Below, one piece after another: positions 55,483 to 64,000 of a DNA stretch of 64,000 bases. The stretch's first letter is position 1. Each line of letters opens with the position of its first letter. The stretch comes from Thermoanaerobaculia bacterium (GTDB taxonomy: Bacteria; Acidobacteriota; Thermoanaerobaculia; Multivoradales; JAGPDF01): contig JAGOCP010000002.1 of the NCBI GenBank assembly GCA_017998715.1, positions 5,429-69,428 of the forward strand. The letters run 5' to 3'. Both the position numbers and the translations under genes were made by a program. Below the pieces are notes generated by a model that made no database searches, had not been told where the DNA came from, and saw only the letters and a list, made by a program, of their open reading frames with translations.

Positions 55483-56505
55483 CTACCGGTCGAAGGCGAA
55501 GATGCGCTTCCAGTCGTTCTTCATGCTGACGACGACCCAACCTTCCTTCCGCGCGAGGTCGTACATCTCTTGCGAGAAGGTGCCGACCGGGCTGTCGGGA
55601 AGCCCGGCGGCCGGGCCGTAGGGGTATTCGCGCTTCTCGTCGTCGTGCAGGATCGCCACCGACAGGCGCAGGCCCGGGGCGTTCCTCACATACTGGAGCG
55701 CCTGCTGGTCGTCGGAGGAGGAATTGCCGAATTGGGCGCGCGGGGTGACGCCGTAGACCATCTCGAAATTCTCGATCTTGCCGGCCTCGATGTTTTCGAG
55801 CGCGATCTTCGGCTCGCGGACCAGCCGCGGCTTGCCGTCGACCAGCTCGAACCTGAGGCTCTGGGCGCTGCCCGAGACCTACGCGGGCGGGATGCCGTAG
55901 ACGCGGTCGGAATAGGGCGTGACGAAGCCGACATTGCCGCCGGTGGCGATGAAGGTCTTGAAGCCGTTGGCACGCAGGAGTGCCAGCACCTCCTCCATCG
56001 GCTGATAGACGAGCTCGGTATAGGGCTTGTGCCAGCGCGGATCGCGCGCCGTGGCGAGCCAGGCGTTCGCCGCGTCGGCGAATTCGCCCGGGGTCATGCC
56101 GCTCATCGTGGCGAGCAGGATCTCGAAGAGCTCGCGGGCGCCGAGGGCGCGGATGCGCTCCGGATCCTTCGACAGCACGGCCTGGAAGGCCGGCTTGTCG
56201 GCGAACTCGGGGTGCGCCTTGACGACCTCCGGCACGCGGTCGAGCGCGAAGCGGAACTCGGTGTAGAGCGGCTGCTCGACCCAGAGCGTGCCGTCCTGGT
56301 CGAAGGCGGCGATACGCTCGGCGGGCGGCACGAAGTCGGGACCGCCCTCGGTGGTGGCACGGGCGACGAAGTCGAGGATCGCCTGCTTGGCGGGACCGTC
56401 GTTCCAGGAGGGCAGCGGGTCGGTCCGGGCGGAAGCGGACAGGCTGGCGGTGGCGAGAAGGACGAGGGCGACGAGGCCCCGCGCGAGGGTGCCGAAGCGG
56501 GTCAT
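55483..56505 (-). pseudogene. Secreted HAD-superfamily (class IB-like) hydrolase interrupted by an in-frame amber codon at 55879-55881
   Basis: ...VYGIPPA-TAG-VSGSAQSLRFELVDGKPRLV... continues in the same frame into the downstream ORF (MVYGVTPRAQF...VVVSMKNDWKRIFAFD). CAG to TAG at a conserved Gln is the simplest explanation. Confidence 0.65.
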
Positions 56506-56581
56506 GGGAAATCTTCCTCCGTGGAGCCGCGGCGGGGGGCGGATGCGCCGCCCCCCGCCCGTGACCGGGAGACTGTCCGGG

Positions 56582-59080
56582 TCAGCCCTTGTCGCCCTGG
56601 GCGCTGGCGGCCTGCTCGAGCATCTTCACGTCCTCGGGCGAGAGCTTCGGCCGCTGGATGTCGAGGGTGATCTTGTCGATCTTTCCGTTGAACGGGAAGG
56701 GCGAGGCATAGTCGGCGTCGTCGACGCTGGTCAGCGTGTCGGAGCCGATGTCCTGGCTCTCGTCCCAGGCCAGCGTGATCGGGACCGTGTGCTCCATCTT
56801 CTGCCGCGCGACCTCCTTGCCGTCGATCTTCAGCACGCCCTCCGCCGAGCGTCCGACGCCCGAAAGGTTATTGAAGGCGAAGGTGGCGAAGCCGAGCCCG
56901 TCATAGGTGAAGTCGAACTCGATCGTGTGCTTGCCCGGCGAGAGCCTCTCCGGCCCTTCCCAGCGCACGCGCTCCAGGTCGACGAGGTTCCAGGTGTAGA
57001 CGGGCTTGCCCTTCAGCAGGTAGAGGCCGTGCCCGGCGAAGCGGCCGCCCTGAGTGAAGAGCACGCCGTCACCGCCGTCCTCGCCCACCTCGATCTCGGC
57101 GACGAGCTTGTAGGTGGCGTTGAGCAGGTTAGGCTGGGTCCCATTCGGGTTGCCGGCGACCGGATAGGTGTACTCGAAGTGGGTCATCCCGGCGATCGGG
57201 CTCGGCCGCGGCGACACCATCCGCGTGGCGAGCGAGTTGTCCATCGGGAAGACCCCGTTCTTCGCGCCCTCGATCAAGAAGAGGTCCTGCATCTCGCGGA
57301 GCTTGTCCGGCATCTCGGCGGCGAGGTCGTGATCCTGCGTCCAGTCCTTGTTGAGATCATAGAGTTCCCACTTGTACGCTTGCCAGACGTCGGTCGGCGG
57401 CGCCGAGAACAGTGACCACGGATCGACGATCGGCGTGGTGTTGGCGTACCAGCCGTCGTTGTAGATGCCGCGGTTGCCGAACATCTCGAAATACTGGACC
57501 TTGTGCCGCGTCGGATCGTCGGCCTTCGCGTCCCAGGTGTAGTCCATGCTGATGCCGTCGATCGGCTTCTGCGCGATGCCGTTGACGATCTCCGGCGCCG
57601 GAATTCCCGTCGCCTCGAGGATCGTCGGGACGATGTCGATGAAGTGGCTGAACTGGTTGCGCACCCCGCCCTTGTCCTTGATTCGGTCGGGCCAGGACAT
57701 CACCATGCCCTGCCGGGTGCCGCCGAAGTGCGAGGCGATCTGCTTGGTCCACTTGAACGGCGTGTCGAAGGCCCAAGTCCAGCCGACCGCCATGTGGTTG
57801 TAGGTCTTGTCGGTGCCCCAGACGTCGTAGAAGTCCTTCAGCTGAACGTCGACCGGAACCTCGACGCCGTTGAACTGCGCCACCTCGTTCGGCGTGCCGT
57901 TGGGCGAGCCCTCGGCCGAAGAGCCGTTGTCGCCGACGATGTAGATGATGAGCGTATTGTCGAGCTTGCCGATGTCCTTGATCGCGTCGATCACGCGGCC
58001 GGTCTCGGCGTCGGCATAGGCGAGGTACGCGGCATAGACGTCGGCCTGGCGGATGAAGAGCTTCTTCTCGTCGGCAGACAGGTCGTCCCAATTCTTCAGC
58101 GCGTCCGGCCACGGCGTCAGCGCGGCGTCCTCCGGGATCACCCCGAGCCGCTTCTGGTTCGAATAGATCGTGTCGCGGAGCTTGTTCCAGCCCTCGTCGA
58201 AGAGGTGCATCCCGCTGATCTTGTCGACCCATTCCCTGGTCGGATGATGCGGCGCGTGGGTGGCGCCCGGCGCGAGGTAGACGAAGAAGGGCTTGCCCGG
58301 CGCGACCGAGTTCAGCGTCTCGATCTGCCGGATCGCGTCGTCGGCCTCGGCGGTGATCAGGTTCCAGCCGGGGTTGCCGCGGAAGGGGTAGATCTGGGTG
58401 GTGTCGTCGAAGAGGTTCGGCTGCCACTGATTGGCGTCGCCGCCCATGAAGCCGTAGAAATGGTCGAAGCCGAAGATCTCGCCGGTCGGCCACTGGTCGA
58501 ACGGCCCGGCCTGGCTCTCCGTATAGGGCGGGGTGTTGTGGTTCTTGCCGTACCACGACGTGTTGTAGCCGTTCGCCCGAAGAATGCCGCCGATGGAGAC
58601 GGAGTCGCGGCCGATCACCGAGTCATAGCCCGGAAAGCCGGTCGCCTGTTCGGCGATGACGCCAAAGCCGACATTGTGGTGGTTGCGCCCGGTCAGCAGC
58701 GCCGCCCGGGACGGCGAGCAGAGCGCGGTCGAGTTGAAGTTGGTGTAGCGCAGCCCGTCCGCGGCGAGCGCGTCGAGCGTCGGCATCGGGATCACCCCGC
58801 CGAAGGTCGAGCCGGCGCCGTAGCCGGTGTCGTCGGTCATCACCAGCAGGACGTTCGGCGCGCCTTCCGGCGGCACGACGCGCGGCGGCCACCAGGGCGT
58901 CGACTGGATCGCGTTGAGTTCTATGGTGCCGCCGAAGTTCGCCGCCGGGTTCGGTATGAAGGTGCCATCGATCGACTTCGTCGCGTCGGGCGAGCCGATC
59001 GGCGCCGCCTCCTGCGCCAGCGCGGCGCTTGCAAGAAGCGCGCTGAAGGCCACCGCCGACATCAGATGGGACCGGGTCAT
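56582..59080 (-). CDS. Arylsulfatase (formylglycine-dependent sulfatase family), secreted
   Basis: Signal peptide, then LLVMTDDTGYG and the FGly motif CSPSRAALLTGR. About 830 aa. Confidence 0.9.
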   Translation of the reverse strand: MTRSHLMSAVAFSALLASAALAQEAAPIGSPDATKSIDGTFIPNPAANFGGTIELNAIQSTPWWPPRVVPPEGAPNVLLVMTDDTGYGAGSTFGGVIPMPTLDALAADGLRYTNFNSTALCSPSRAALLTGRNHHNVGFGVIAEQATGFPGYDSVIGRDSVSIGGILRANGYNTSWYGKNHNTPPYTESQAGPFDQWPTGEIFGFDHFYGFMGGDANQWQPNLFDDTTQIYPFRGNPGWNLITAEADDAIRQIETLNSVAPGKPFFVYLAPGATHAPHHPTREWVDKISGMHLFDEGWNKLRDTIYSNQKRLGVIPEDAALTPWPDALKNWDDLSADEKKLFIRQADVYAAYLAYADAETGRVIDAIKDIGKLDNTLIIYIVGDNGSSAEGSPNGTPNEVAQFNGVEVPVDVQLKDFYDVWGTDKTYNHMAVGWTWAFDTPFKWTKQIASHFGGTRQGMVMSWPDRIKDKGGVRNQFSHFIDIVPTILEATGIPAPEIVNGIAQKPIDGISMDYTWDAKADDPTRHKVQYFEMFGNRGIYNDGWYANTTPIVDPWSLFSAPPTDVWQAYKWELYDLNKDWTQDHDLAAEMPDKLREMQDLFLIEGAKNGVFPMDNSLATRMVSPRPSPIAGMTHFEYTYPVAGNPNGTQPNLLNATYKLVAEIEVGEDGGDGVLFTQGGRFAGHGLYLLKGKPVYTWNLVDLERVRWEGPERLSPGKHTIEFDFTYDGLGFATFAFNNLSGVGRSAEGVLKIDGKEVARQKMEHTVPITLAWDESQDIGSDTLTSVDDADYASPFPFNGKIDKITLDIQRPKLSPEDVKMLEQAASAQGDKG

Positions 59081-59173
59081 GAATGCTCCCCCGTGGGTGT
59101 GATGCGCATCTCCGCGCGGGATCATAGGGGCCCCTTTGTTGACCGGATATCCTTTGGGGGACAAACATCGGCG

Positions 59174-60169
59174 ATGCAGCGCGCCGCACCCCTCGTCCCC
59201 CTGCCCGAGTTGCTCGAGCGGCTCGGCGTGCCCGTCGAGACGGCCTTCGCCGGGACCGGGGTGCGGCCGGAGGACTTGCGTCCCGATGCCTTCGTTCCGT
59301 TCGGGACCGTCCCGCTGCTGCTCGAGAGGGCGGCGGAGGTCTCCGGTCGCGAGGACTTGGGCCTGCTTCTCGGGCGGGAACTGACCCTGAGCGCGCTCGG
59401 CCCCTCGGGCCCGATCATGGCCGCCGCGGCAACGCTCGGCGAGGCGCTGGCCGACTTCGTCGCCATCCAGATCGGCAACTCGACTGCCGCCACGGTCTAT
59501 CTCAACCGCAGCGGCGACGACGTCGCCTTCGGCTACGGCGGGTATCGCACCGACGTCGCGATCTCGCCGCAGCTCCATGACGTGTCGGTGGCCGGCGGAT
59601 GCAACTTCCTGAGGGAGCTGACGCGGGGGGCAGTGCGGCCGCAGGAGATCCTCACCATGCGGCCGGCGCCTTCGGACGCCGGACCCTGGATCAGACTCGC
59701 CCACTGCCCGGTACGTTTCGGCCAGTCGGAGACCTGCCTGATCCTTCGCCGCGCCGCGCTCGGTTTCCCCCTGCCGACGGCGGACCGCGCCATCCACGAC
59801 TCGCTCCTCGCCGCGGTAGCGCCGCTGATCGCCCAAGCACCCTGGGGGGAGGCGGCCGAGGTCGGCCACGCGCTTCGCTCGGCGTTGCTGACGGGGCGGG
59901 CCGGGATGCCGGAGATCGCCGCCCATCTCGGGACGACGCCGCGCACGCTGCGCCGGGCGCTGGCCGCCGAGGGCGCGACCTTCGAGGCGGTGCGCGACCG
60001 GGTGCGCTTCGCCATGGCGCGCGAGCTCCTGGCGCTCACCCCGCTCGCCATCGGCGACATCGCCCTGACGCTCGACTTCGCGACGTCGAGTGCCTTCGTA
60101 CGAGCCTTTCGCCGCTGGACCGGCCTGCCGCCCGGCGCGTGGCGAGCGGAGAGGCGTCTCCGCGGTTGA
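59174..60169 (+). CDS. AraC-family transcriptional regulator, divergent from the sulfatase gene
   Basis: C-terminal AraC HTH pair (IAAHLGTTPRTLRRALAAEGATFEAVRDRVRFAMARELL...FATSSAFVRAFRRWTG). Confidence 0.8.
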   Translation: MQRAAPLVPLPELLERLGVPVETAFAGTGVRPEDLRPDAFVPFGTVPLLLERAAEVSGREDLGLLLGRELTLSALGPSGPIMAAAATLGEALADFVAIQIGNSTAATVYLNRSGDDVAFGYGGYRTDVAISPQLHDVSVAGGCNFLRELTRGAVRPQEILTMRPAPSDAGPWIRLAHCPVRFGQSETCLILRRAALGFPLPTADRAIHDSLLAAVAPLIAQAPWGEAAEVGHALRSALLTGRAGMPEIAAHLGTTPRTLRRALAAEGATFEAVRDRVRFAMARELLALTPLAIGDIALTLDFATSSAFVRAFRRWTGLPPGAWRAERRLRG

Positions 60170-60222
60170 CCGTTCGTCCGATCTTTCATACATCTCAACA
60201 CATCTTGACTGGTTGATGCGAC

Positions 60223-60558
60223 GTGATGAACGAGCCAGATGCCCTTGCCGCCTTCGCGGCGCTCTCGCAGGAGACGCGGCTGCGCATCATGCGGACCCTT
60301 GTGCGGGCCGGTTCCGACGGCATGGCCGCGGGCGCGCTCGGCGAGGCGATCGGCGGGGCCAGCAGCTCGCGCCTCTCTTTCCATCTCGCCCAGCTCGAAC
60401 ATGCGGGCCTCGTCACCTCGCGGCGCGACGGCCGCTTCGTGATCTATGCCGCCGCTTTCCCGGCCCTCTCCGGTCTCATCACCTTCCTGATGCGCGACTG
60501 CTGCCAGGGCCGCCCCGAAATCTGCGCCGTCGCCGTCGACGCGCTCTCCTGTTGCTGA
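60223..60558 (+). CDS. arsR: ArsR/SmtB-family metalloregulator
   Basis: [16 protein letters not shown]...[23 protein letters not shown], and a C-terminal Cys cluster ([19 protein letters not shown]). Confidence 0.85.
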   Translation: MMNEPDALAAFAALSQETRLRIMRTLVRAGSDGMAAGALGEAIGGASSSRLSFHLAQLEHAGLVTSRRDGRFVIYAAAFPALSGLITFLMRDCCQGRPEICAVAVDALSCC

Positions 60559-60566
60559 GGCTCGGG

Positions 60567-60998
60567 ATGGACTTCGTCATCTACCACAACCCCGCCTGCG
60601 GCACGTCGCGCAACGCGCTGGCGATGATCCGCAACGCCGGGATCGAGCCGCACGTGATCGAATACCTGAAGTCGCCGCCGACGCGCGCGATGGTCGCCAC
60701 CCTCGCCGCGCGGATGGACCTTCCGATCCGCGCGCTCCTCCGCGAGAAGGGGACGCCCTACGCCGACCTCGGCCTCGCCGACGAGAGCCTGAGCGACGAG
60801 GCGCTCCTCGATGCCATCGAGACGCATCCGATCCTCCTGAACCGGCCGATCGTGGTCAGCCCGAAGGGCGTGAGGCTATGCCGCCCGTCCGAGCGTGTGC
60901 TCGACCTCCTGCCGCCGCAGCAGGCCGCTTTCGCCAAGGAGGACGGCGAGCGGATCGTCGACGCCGCGGGCGCGCGAGTCGCGGGGTCCGCGGCATGA
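60567..60998 (+). CDS. arsC: Arsenate reductase, glutaredoxin-coupled (R773 ArsC type)
   Basis: [21 protein letters not shown]...[23 protein letters not shown] is nearly collinear with E. coli R773 ArsC, including the catalytic Cys. Confidence 0.9.
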   Translation: MDFVIYHNPACGTSRNALAMIRNAGIEPHVIEYLKSPPTRAMVATLAARMDLPIRALLREKGTPYADLGLADESLSDEALLDAIETHPILLNRPIVVSPKGVRLCRPSERVLDLLPPQQAAFAKEDGERIVDAAGARVAGSAA

Positions 60999-62059
60999 CC
61001 GCCCCGGTTCGCCGCCTCGGCTTTCTCGACCGCTACCTGACCGTCTGGATCTTCGCCGCCATGGCGCTCGGGATCGCCCTCGGCACGCTCGTTCCCGGCC
61101 TGCCCGCGGCACTCCAGTCGCTCTCGGTCGGCACGACCAACATCCCGATCGCGATCGGCCTCGTCCTGATGATGTACCCGCCGCTCGCGAAGGTCCGCTA
61201 TGAAGAGTTGCCGCGGGTCTTCGCCGACCGGCGCCTGCTCGCGCTGTCGCTGTTCCAGAACTGGCTGATCGGCCCGGTGCTGATGTTCCTGCTCGCAGTG
61301 ATCTTCCTGCGCGATCAGCCCGGCTACATGACCGGGCTGATCCTGATCGGGCTCGCCCGCTGCATCGCCATGGTGCTGGTCTGGAACGACCTCGCCCGCG
61401 GCGACGCCCAGTATGTCGCCGGCCTCGTCGCCTTCAACTCGATCTTTCAGATCCTGTTCTTTCCGGCCTACGCCTGGGTCTTCCTCACCGTCCTGCCGCC
61501 ACTCTTCGGTCTCGAGGGCAGCGTCGTCGATGTCGACTTCCGCACGATTGCCGGAGCGGTGCTGATCTACCTCGGTATCCCCTTCGCCGCCGGGTTCCTC
61601 ACCCGCCGGCTCCTCGTCGCCGCCAGGGGCGAGGCCTGGTACGCCGATCGCTTCCACCCCCGGATCGCGCCCCTTACCCTCGCCGCGCTCCTCTTCACCA
61701 TCGTCGCGATGTTCAGCCTCAAGGGCCGTGAGGTCGTGAGCCTGCCTTTCGACGCGCTCCGTATCGCCGTGCCGCTCGCGCTCTACTTCCTGATCCAGTT
61801 CTCCCTGAGCTTCTGGATGGGTCGTCTCGTCGAGGCCGACTATCCGCGGACGACCGCCGTCGCCTTTACCGCGGCCGGCAACAACTTCGAGCTCGCCATC
61901 GCCGTCGCCATCGCCTCCTTCGGCCTCGCCTCCCAGCCCGCCTTCGCCGCGGTCATCGGCCCGCTCGTCGAGGTGCCGGTCCTGATCCTGCTGGTCTCGG
62001 TGGCGCTCCGGCTCGGCGGGCGATGGTTCACGGACCGCGGCGCGCGCGCAACCCTGTAG
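60995..62059 (+). CDS. acr3: Arsenite efflux transporter ACR3
   Basis: [17 protein letters not shown]...[14 protein letters not shown]...[15 protein letters not shown] matches the ACR3 family. Ten predicted TM helices. Confidence 0.9.
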   Translation: MTAPVRRLGFLDRYLTVWIFAAMALGIALGTLVPGLPAALQSLSVGTTNIPIAIGLVLMMYPPLAKVRYEELPRVFADRRLLALSLFQNWLIGPVLMFLLAVIFLRDQPGYMTGLILIGLARCIAMVLVWNDLARGDAQYVAGLVAFNSIFQILFFPAYAWVFLTVLPPLFGLEGSVVDVDFRTIAGAVLIYLGIPFAAGFLTRRLLVAARGEAWYADRFHPRIAPLTLAALLFTIVAMFSLKGREVVSLPFDALRIAVPLALYFLIQFSLSFWMGRLVEADYPRTTAVAFTAAGNNFELAIAVAIASFGLASQPAFAAVIGPLVEVPVLILLVSVALRLGGRWFTDRGARATL

Positions 62060-62278
62060 GTCGGGCGCAGAAAGCCACCGGCGGCCGCGGGAATACCCTG
62101 GTGCGATTTCGGCAACGGGCTGAGGGGCGGTGCTCGTCGCCAGCCCATGACTGCCGAACCGAATTGACAAGGTGCTCGCGCCTGAACAGTGTCTCGAGAT
62201 GGGGATCCGCGATCTCCCCACGAGGCGACAGCCGAAGCTCGCGTTCCGCCCACCACCGACCATTTCGGAGGAACGCAT

Positions 62279-63115
62279 ATGCCCTCGCCCGATGCCATTG
62301 CCTGCGACAAGCTCGCAAAGCTGCTCGGCACGCCCCGCTGCCCGACGATCCTCGATAACCGCGCCGACGCGGTCCGGGCCGACGATCCGCGATTGCTGCC
62401 GGGGGCGAGAGCGGTGACCGACGCCGACATGGCGCCTGAGGCACTCGCCCGGCTGATCGGCTCGCTTTCGGGTCCGGTCGTCGTCGCCTGCACCGAGGGA
62501 CACGCGCGCAGCCAATGGCTCGCCGCGCTCCTCCGCAGTCGCGGCCTTCACGCCGAGTATCTGGAAGACGGTTATGCCGGCTGGCGCGCGGACGGCCTGC
62601 CGCTCGTCGATCCCGCGAAGATCACCTCGCGGGATGGGAAAGGCCTCAGCGTCTGGGTGACCCGATCGCGGCCGAAGGTCGACCGCATCGCCTGCCCATG
62701 GCTGATCCGCCGCTTCGTGGACCCACGCGCCGTGATCCTTTACGTGGCGACGGCGGAGGTCGCTGGCGTTGCGCAGTTCTGCGGCGGGATGCCCTTCGAC
62801 GTCGAGGACACGTTCTGGAGCCACCGCGGCGAACTCTGCACCTTCGACGTCATGCTGATGGAATTCGGGCTCTCGACGCCGGCGCTCGACCGCCTCTCCG
62901 CCATCGTCCGCGGCGCCGACACCGCGCGGCCCGAGCTGGCACCCGAGGCGCCCGGCCTGCTGGCCGCGTCGCTCGGCCTGTCACGGATGTACTCCGACGA
63001 CCTCGAACAGCTCGATGCCGGCATGGCCCTTTACGACGCGTTCTACCGCTGGTGCCGCGACGCGACGGACGAGACGCACAACTGGCCGACGAACCGGCTG
63101 GGAGGGGCGGCATGA
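62279..63115 (+). CDS. Rhodanese-like domain (CX5R loop) fused to a ChrB C-terminal domain, a chromate-resistance regulator-like protein
   Basis: CTEGHAR rhodanese/Cdc25-type loop, and DRIACPWLIRRFVDP which is characteristic of the ChrB C-domain. RBS GGAGG. Confidence 0.65.
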   Translation: MPSPDAIACDKLAKLLGTPRCPTILDNRADAVRADDPRLLPGARAVTDADMAPEALARLIGSLSGPVVVACTEGHARSQWLAALLRSRGLHAEYLEDGYAGWRADGLPLVDPAKITSRDGKGLSVWVTRSRPKVDRIACPWLIRRFVDPRAVILYVATAEVAGVAQFCGGMPFDVEDTFWSHRGELCTFDVMLMEFGLSTPALDRLSAIVRGADTARPELAPEAPGLLAASLGLSRMYSDDLEQLDAGMALYDAFYRWCRDATDETHNWPTNRLGGAA

Positions 63116-64000
63116 TCGAGGCGGCGGTCGAAGACAGCCGTGGCGTCGAGGCATCCTCTTCGGCGTATCCGGCCCTCGCCGAGGCGACCCGCGTCTGGGC
63201 CCGGATCGCGGCGCTGTCCTTCGGCGGGCCCGCCGGGCAGATAGCGGTGATGCACCGCATCCTCGTCGAGGAGCGCCGCTGGCTCGGCGACGCCCGCTTC
63301 CTGCATGCGCTAAACTTCTGCATGCTCCTCCCGGGTCCCGAGGCCCAGCAGCTCGCCACCTACGTCGGCTGGCTGATGCACGGGGTGCGCGGCGCGCTCG
63401 TCGCCGGGCTCCTCTTCATCCTGCCGGGCGTCGTCGCGATCATGGCCCTGAGCTGGGTCTACGCGATCTGGGGCGAGGTCGGCATCGTCTCCGGCCTCTT
63501 CTTCGGGCTGAAGGCGGCGGTGCTCGCCATCGTGGTCGAGGCGGTGGCAAGGGTAGGCAAGCGGGCGCTCAAGAACCCGGCGATGCGGGCCATCGCCGCG
63601 CTGTCCTTCGTGGCGATCTTCGCCTTCGGGGCACCGTTTCCGGCCATCGTGGTCGCGGCGGCGCTGATCGGCTGGCTCGGGGCGAAGGCAGAATATTCGG
63701 CCTTTCTTGGCGGAGGCGGACATGGGTCTGTGGGCACAACCCAAGTCGCGGACGCCGGCACGCTGCTGGGTGAGGAGTCGATCGAGCTCGGACGCGCGGC
63801 AAACGCCCGCGCCTTGCGCGCCGGGCTGGTCGCCGTCGTGCTCTGGCTCCTGCCGGTGGCGGCGCTCGCATTGCTCGCTCCCGGCAGTGTCTTCGCCGAC
63901 ATCGCCACCTTCTTCTCGAAGCTCGCGATCCTGACCTTCGGCGGCGCCTACGCGGTCCTCGCCTGGGTGGCGCAGGAGGCCGTCGCCACCTACGGCTGGC
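63112..64000 (+). CDS. chrA: Chromate transporter ChrA (CHR family), 3' end beyond the window
   Basis: RIAALSFGGPAGQIAVMHRILVEERRWL...FCMLLPGPEAQQLATYVGW is the CHR family signature. ATGA overlap with the upstream gene. Confidence 0.85.
   Translation, partial: MIEAAVEDSRGVEASSSAYPALAEATRVWARIAALSFGGPAGQIAVMHRILVEERRWLGDARFLHALNFCMLLPGPEAQQLATYVGWLMHGVRGALVAGLLFILPGVVAIMALSWVYAIWGEVGIVSGLFFGLKAAVLAIVVEAVARVGKRALKNPAMRAIAALSFVAIFAFGAPFPAIVVAAALIGWLGAKAEYSAFLGGGGHGSVGTTQVADAGTLLGEESIELGRAANARALRAGLVAVVLWLLPVAALALLAPGSVFADIATFFSKLAILTFGGAYAVLAWVAQEAVATYGW

Noticed and set aside
57503-60169. 888-aa plus-strand ORF
   Set aside because: Only the last roughly 330 codons (the AraC regulator from 59174) are real. 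The upstream part is the antisense shadow of the sulfatase gene with no start-stop constraint in a high-GC frame.
1-64000. Search for tRNA, rRNA and CRISPR arrays
   Set aside because: No T-loop-like GTTCGAATC-type motifs with cloverleaf context, no rRNA-like conserved blocks, and no regularly spaced direct repeats with unique spacers were found. The 13-bp repeats at 18201-18239 have no spacers and are too few for an array.

Overview
This is a 64 kb, high-GC (about 67%) stretch. Its gene content suggests an alphaproteobacterial (Rhizobiales-like) chromosome; that taxonomic placement is inference. From left to right: (1) a host flank carrying the 5' portion of a quinone-dependent D-lactate dehydrogenase gene (dld, minus strand; its 3' end lies beyond the window start) and a divergently transcribed GntR/FCD regulator, with palindromic operator-like sites between them. 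(2) An apparently complete prophage of about 46 kb (roughly 2.6-49.3 kb), bounded on the left by a DUF2924 / large serine recombinase cassette. It contains a cI-like/LuxR regulatory region, a replication module (AAA_24 ATPase, SF2 helicase, Cas4-like nuclease, primase-helicase, RuvC-like resolvase), a ParB-fused DNA methyltransferase followed by a compact C5-methyltransferase-like gene, a lambda-like head module (TerS, TerL/GpA, gpW, portal, ClpP/S49 protease, decoration protein, E-type major capsid), and a GTA-type tail module (tail terminator-like, major tail, chaperone with a -1 programmed frameshift, tape measure, DUF2460, DUF2163, NlpC/P60, giant host-specificity protein, DUF2793 fibre) with a holin-endolysin cassette embedded inside it. 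About a dozen cargo genes (morons) are interspersed: HxlR+GFA, a pRiA4b-ORF3-like gene, GST, two secreted alpha/beta hydrolases, a CadC-like TPR regulator and an ABM monooxygenase. (3) A right host flank with a two-component system, PepSY/cytochrome b561, VIT and P-type ATPase metal genes, an amber-interrupted HAD hydrolase, an arylsulfatase with its AraC regulator, an arsR-arsC-acr3 arsenic operon and a chrB/chrA chromate pair. I found no tRNA, rRNA or CRISPR arrays. The main points for follow-up are a -1 slippery heptamer (AAAAAAC) in the tail chaperone, two CC-run frameshifts in the major tail and tape-measure genes, a cluster of CTCACTCAT palindromes plus an AT-rich structured segment downstream of the primase gene (candidate phage origin), 13-bp tandem repeats upstream of the ParB-methyltransferase, and a mosaic junction carrying a remnant 3' fragment of a DUF6441 homolog next to the GST cargo gene.
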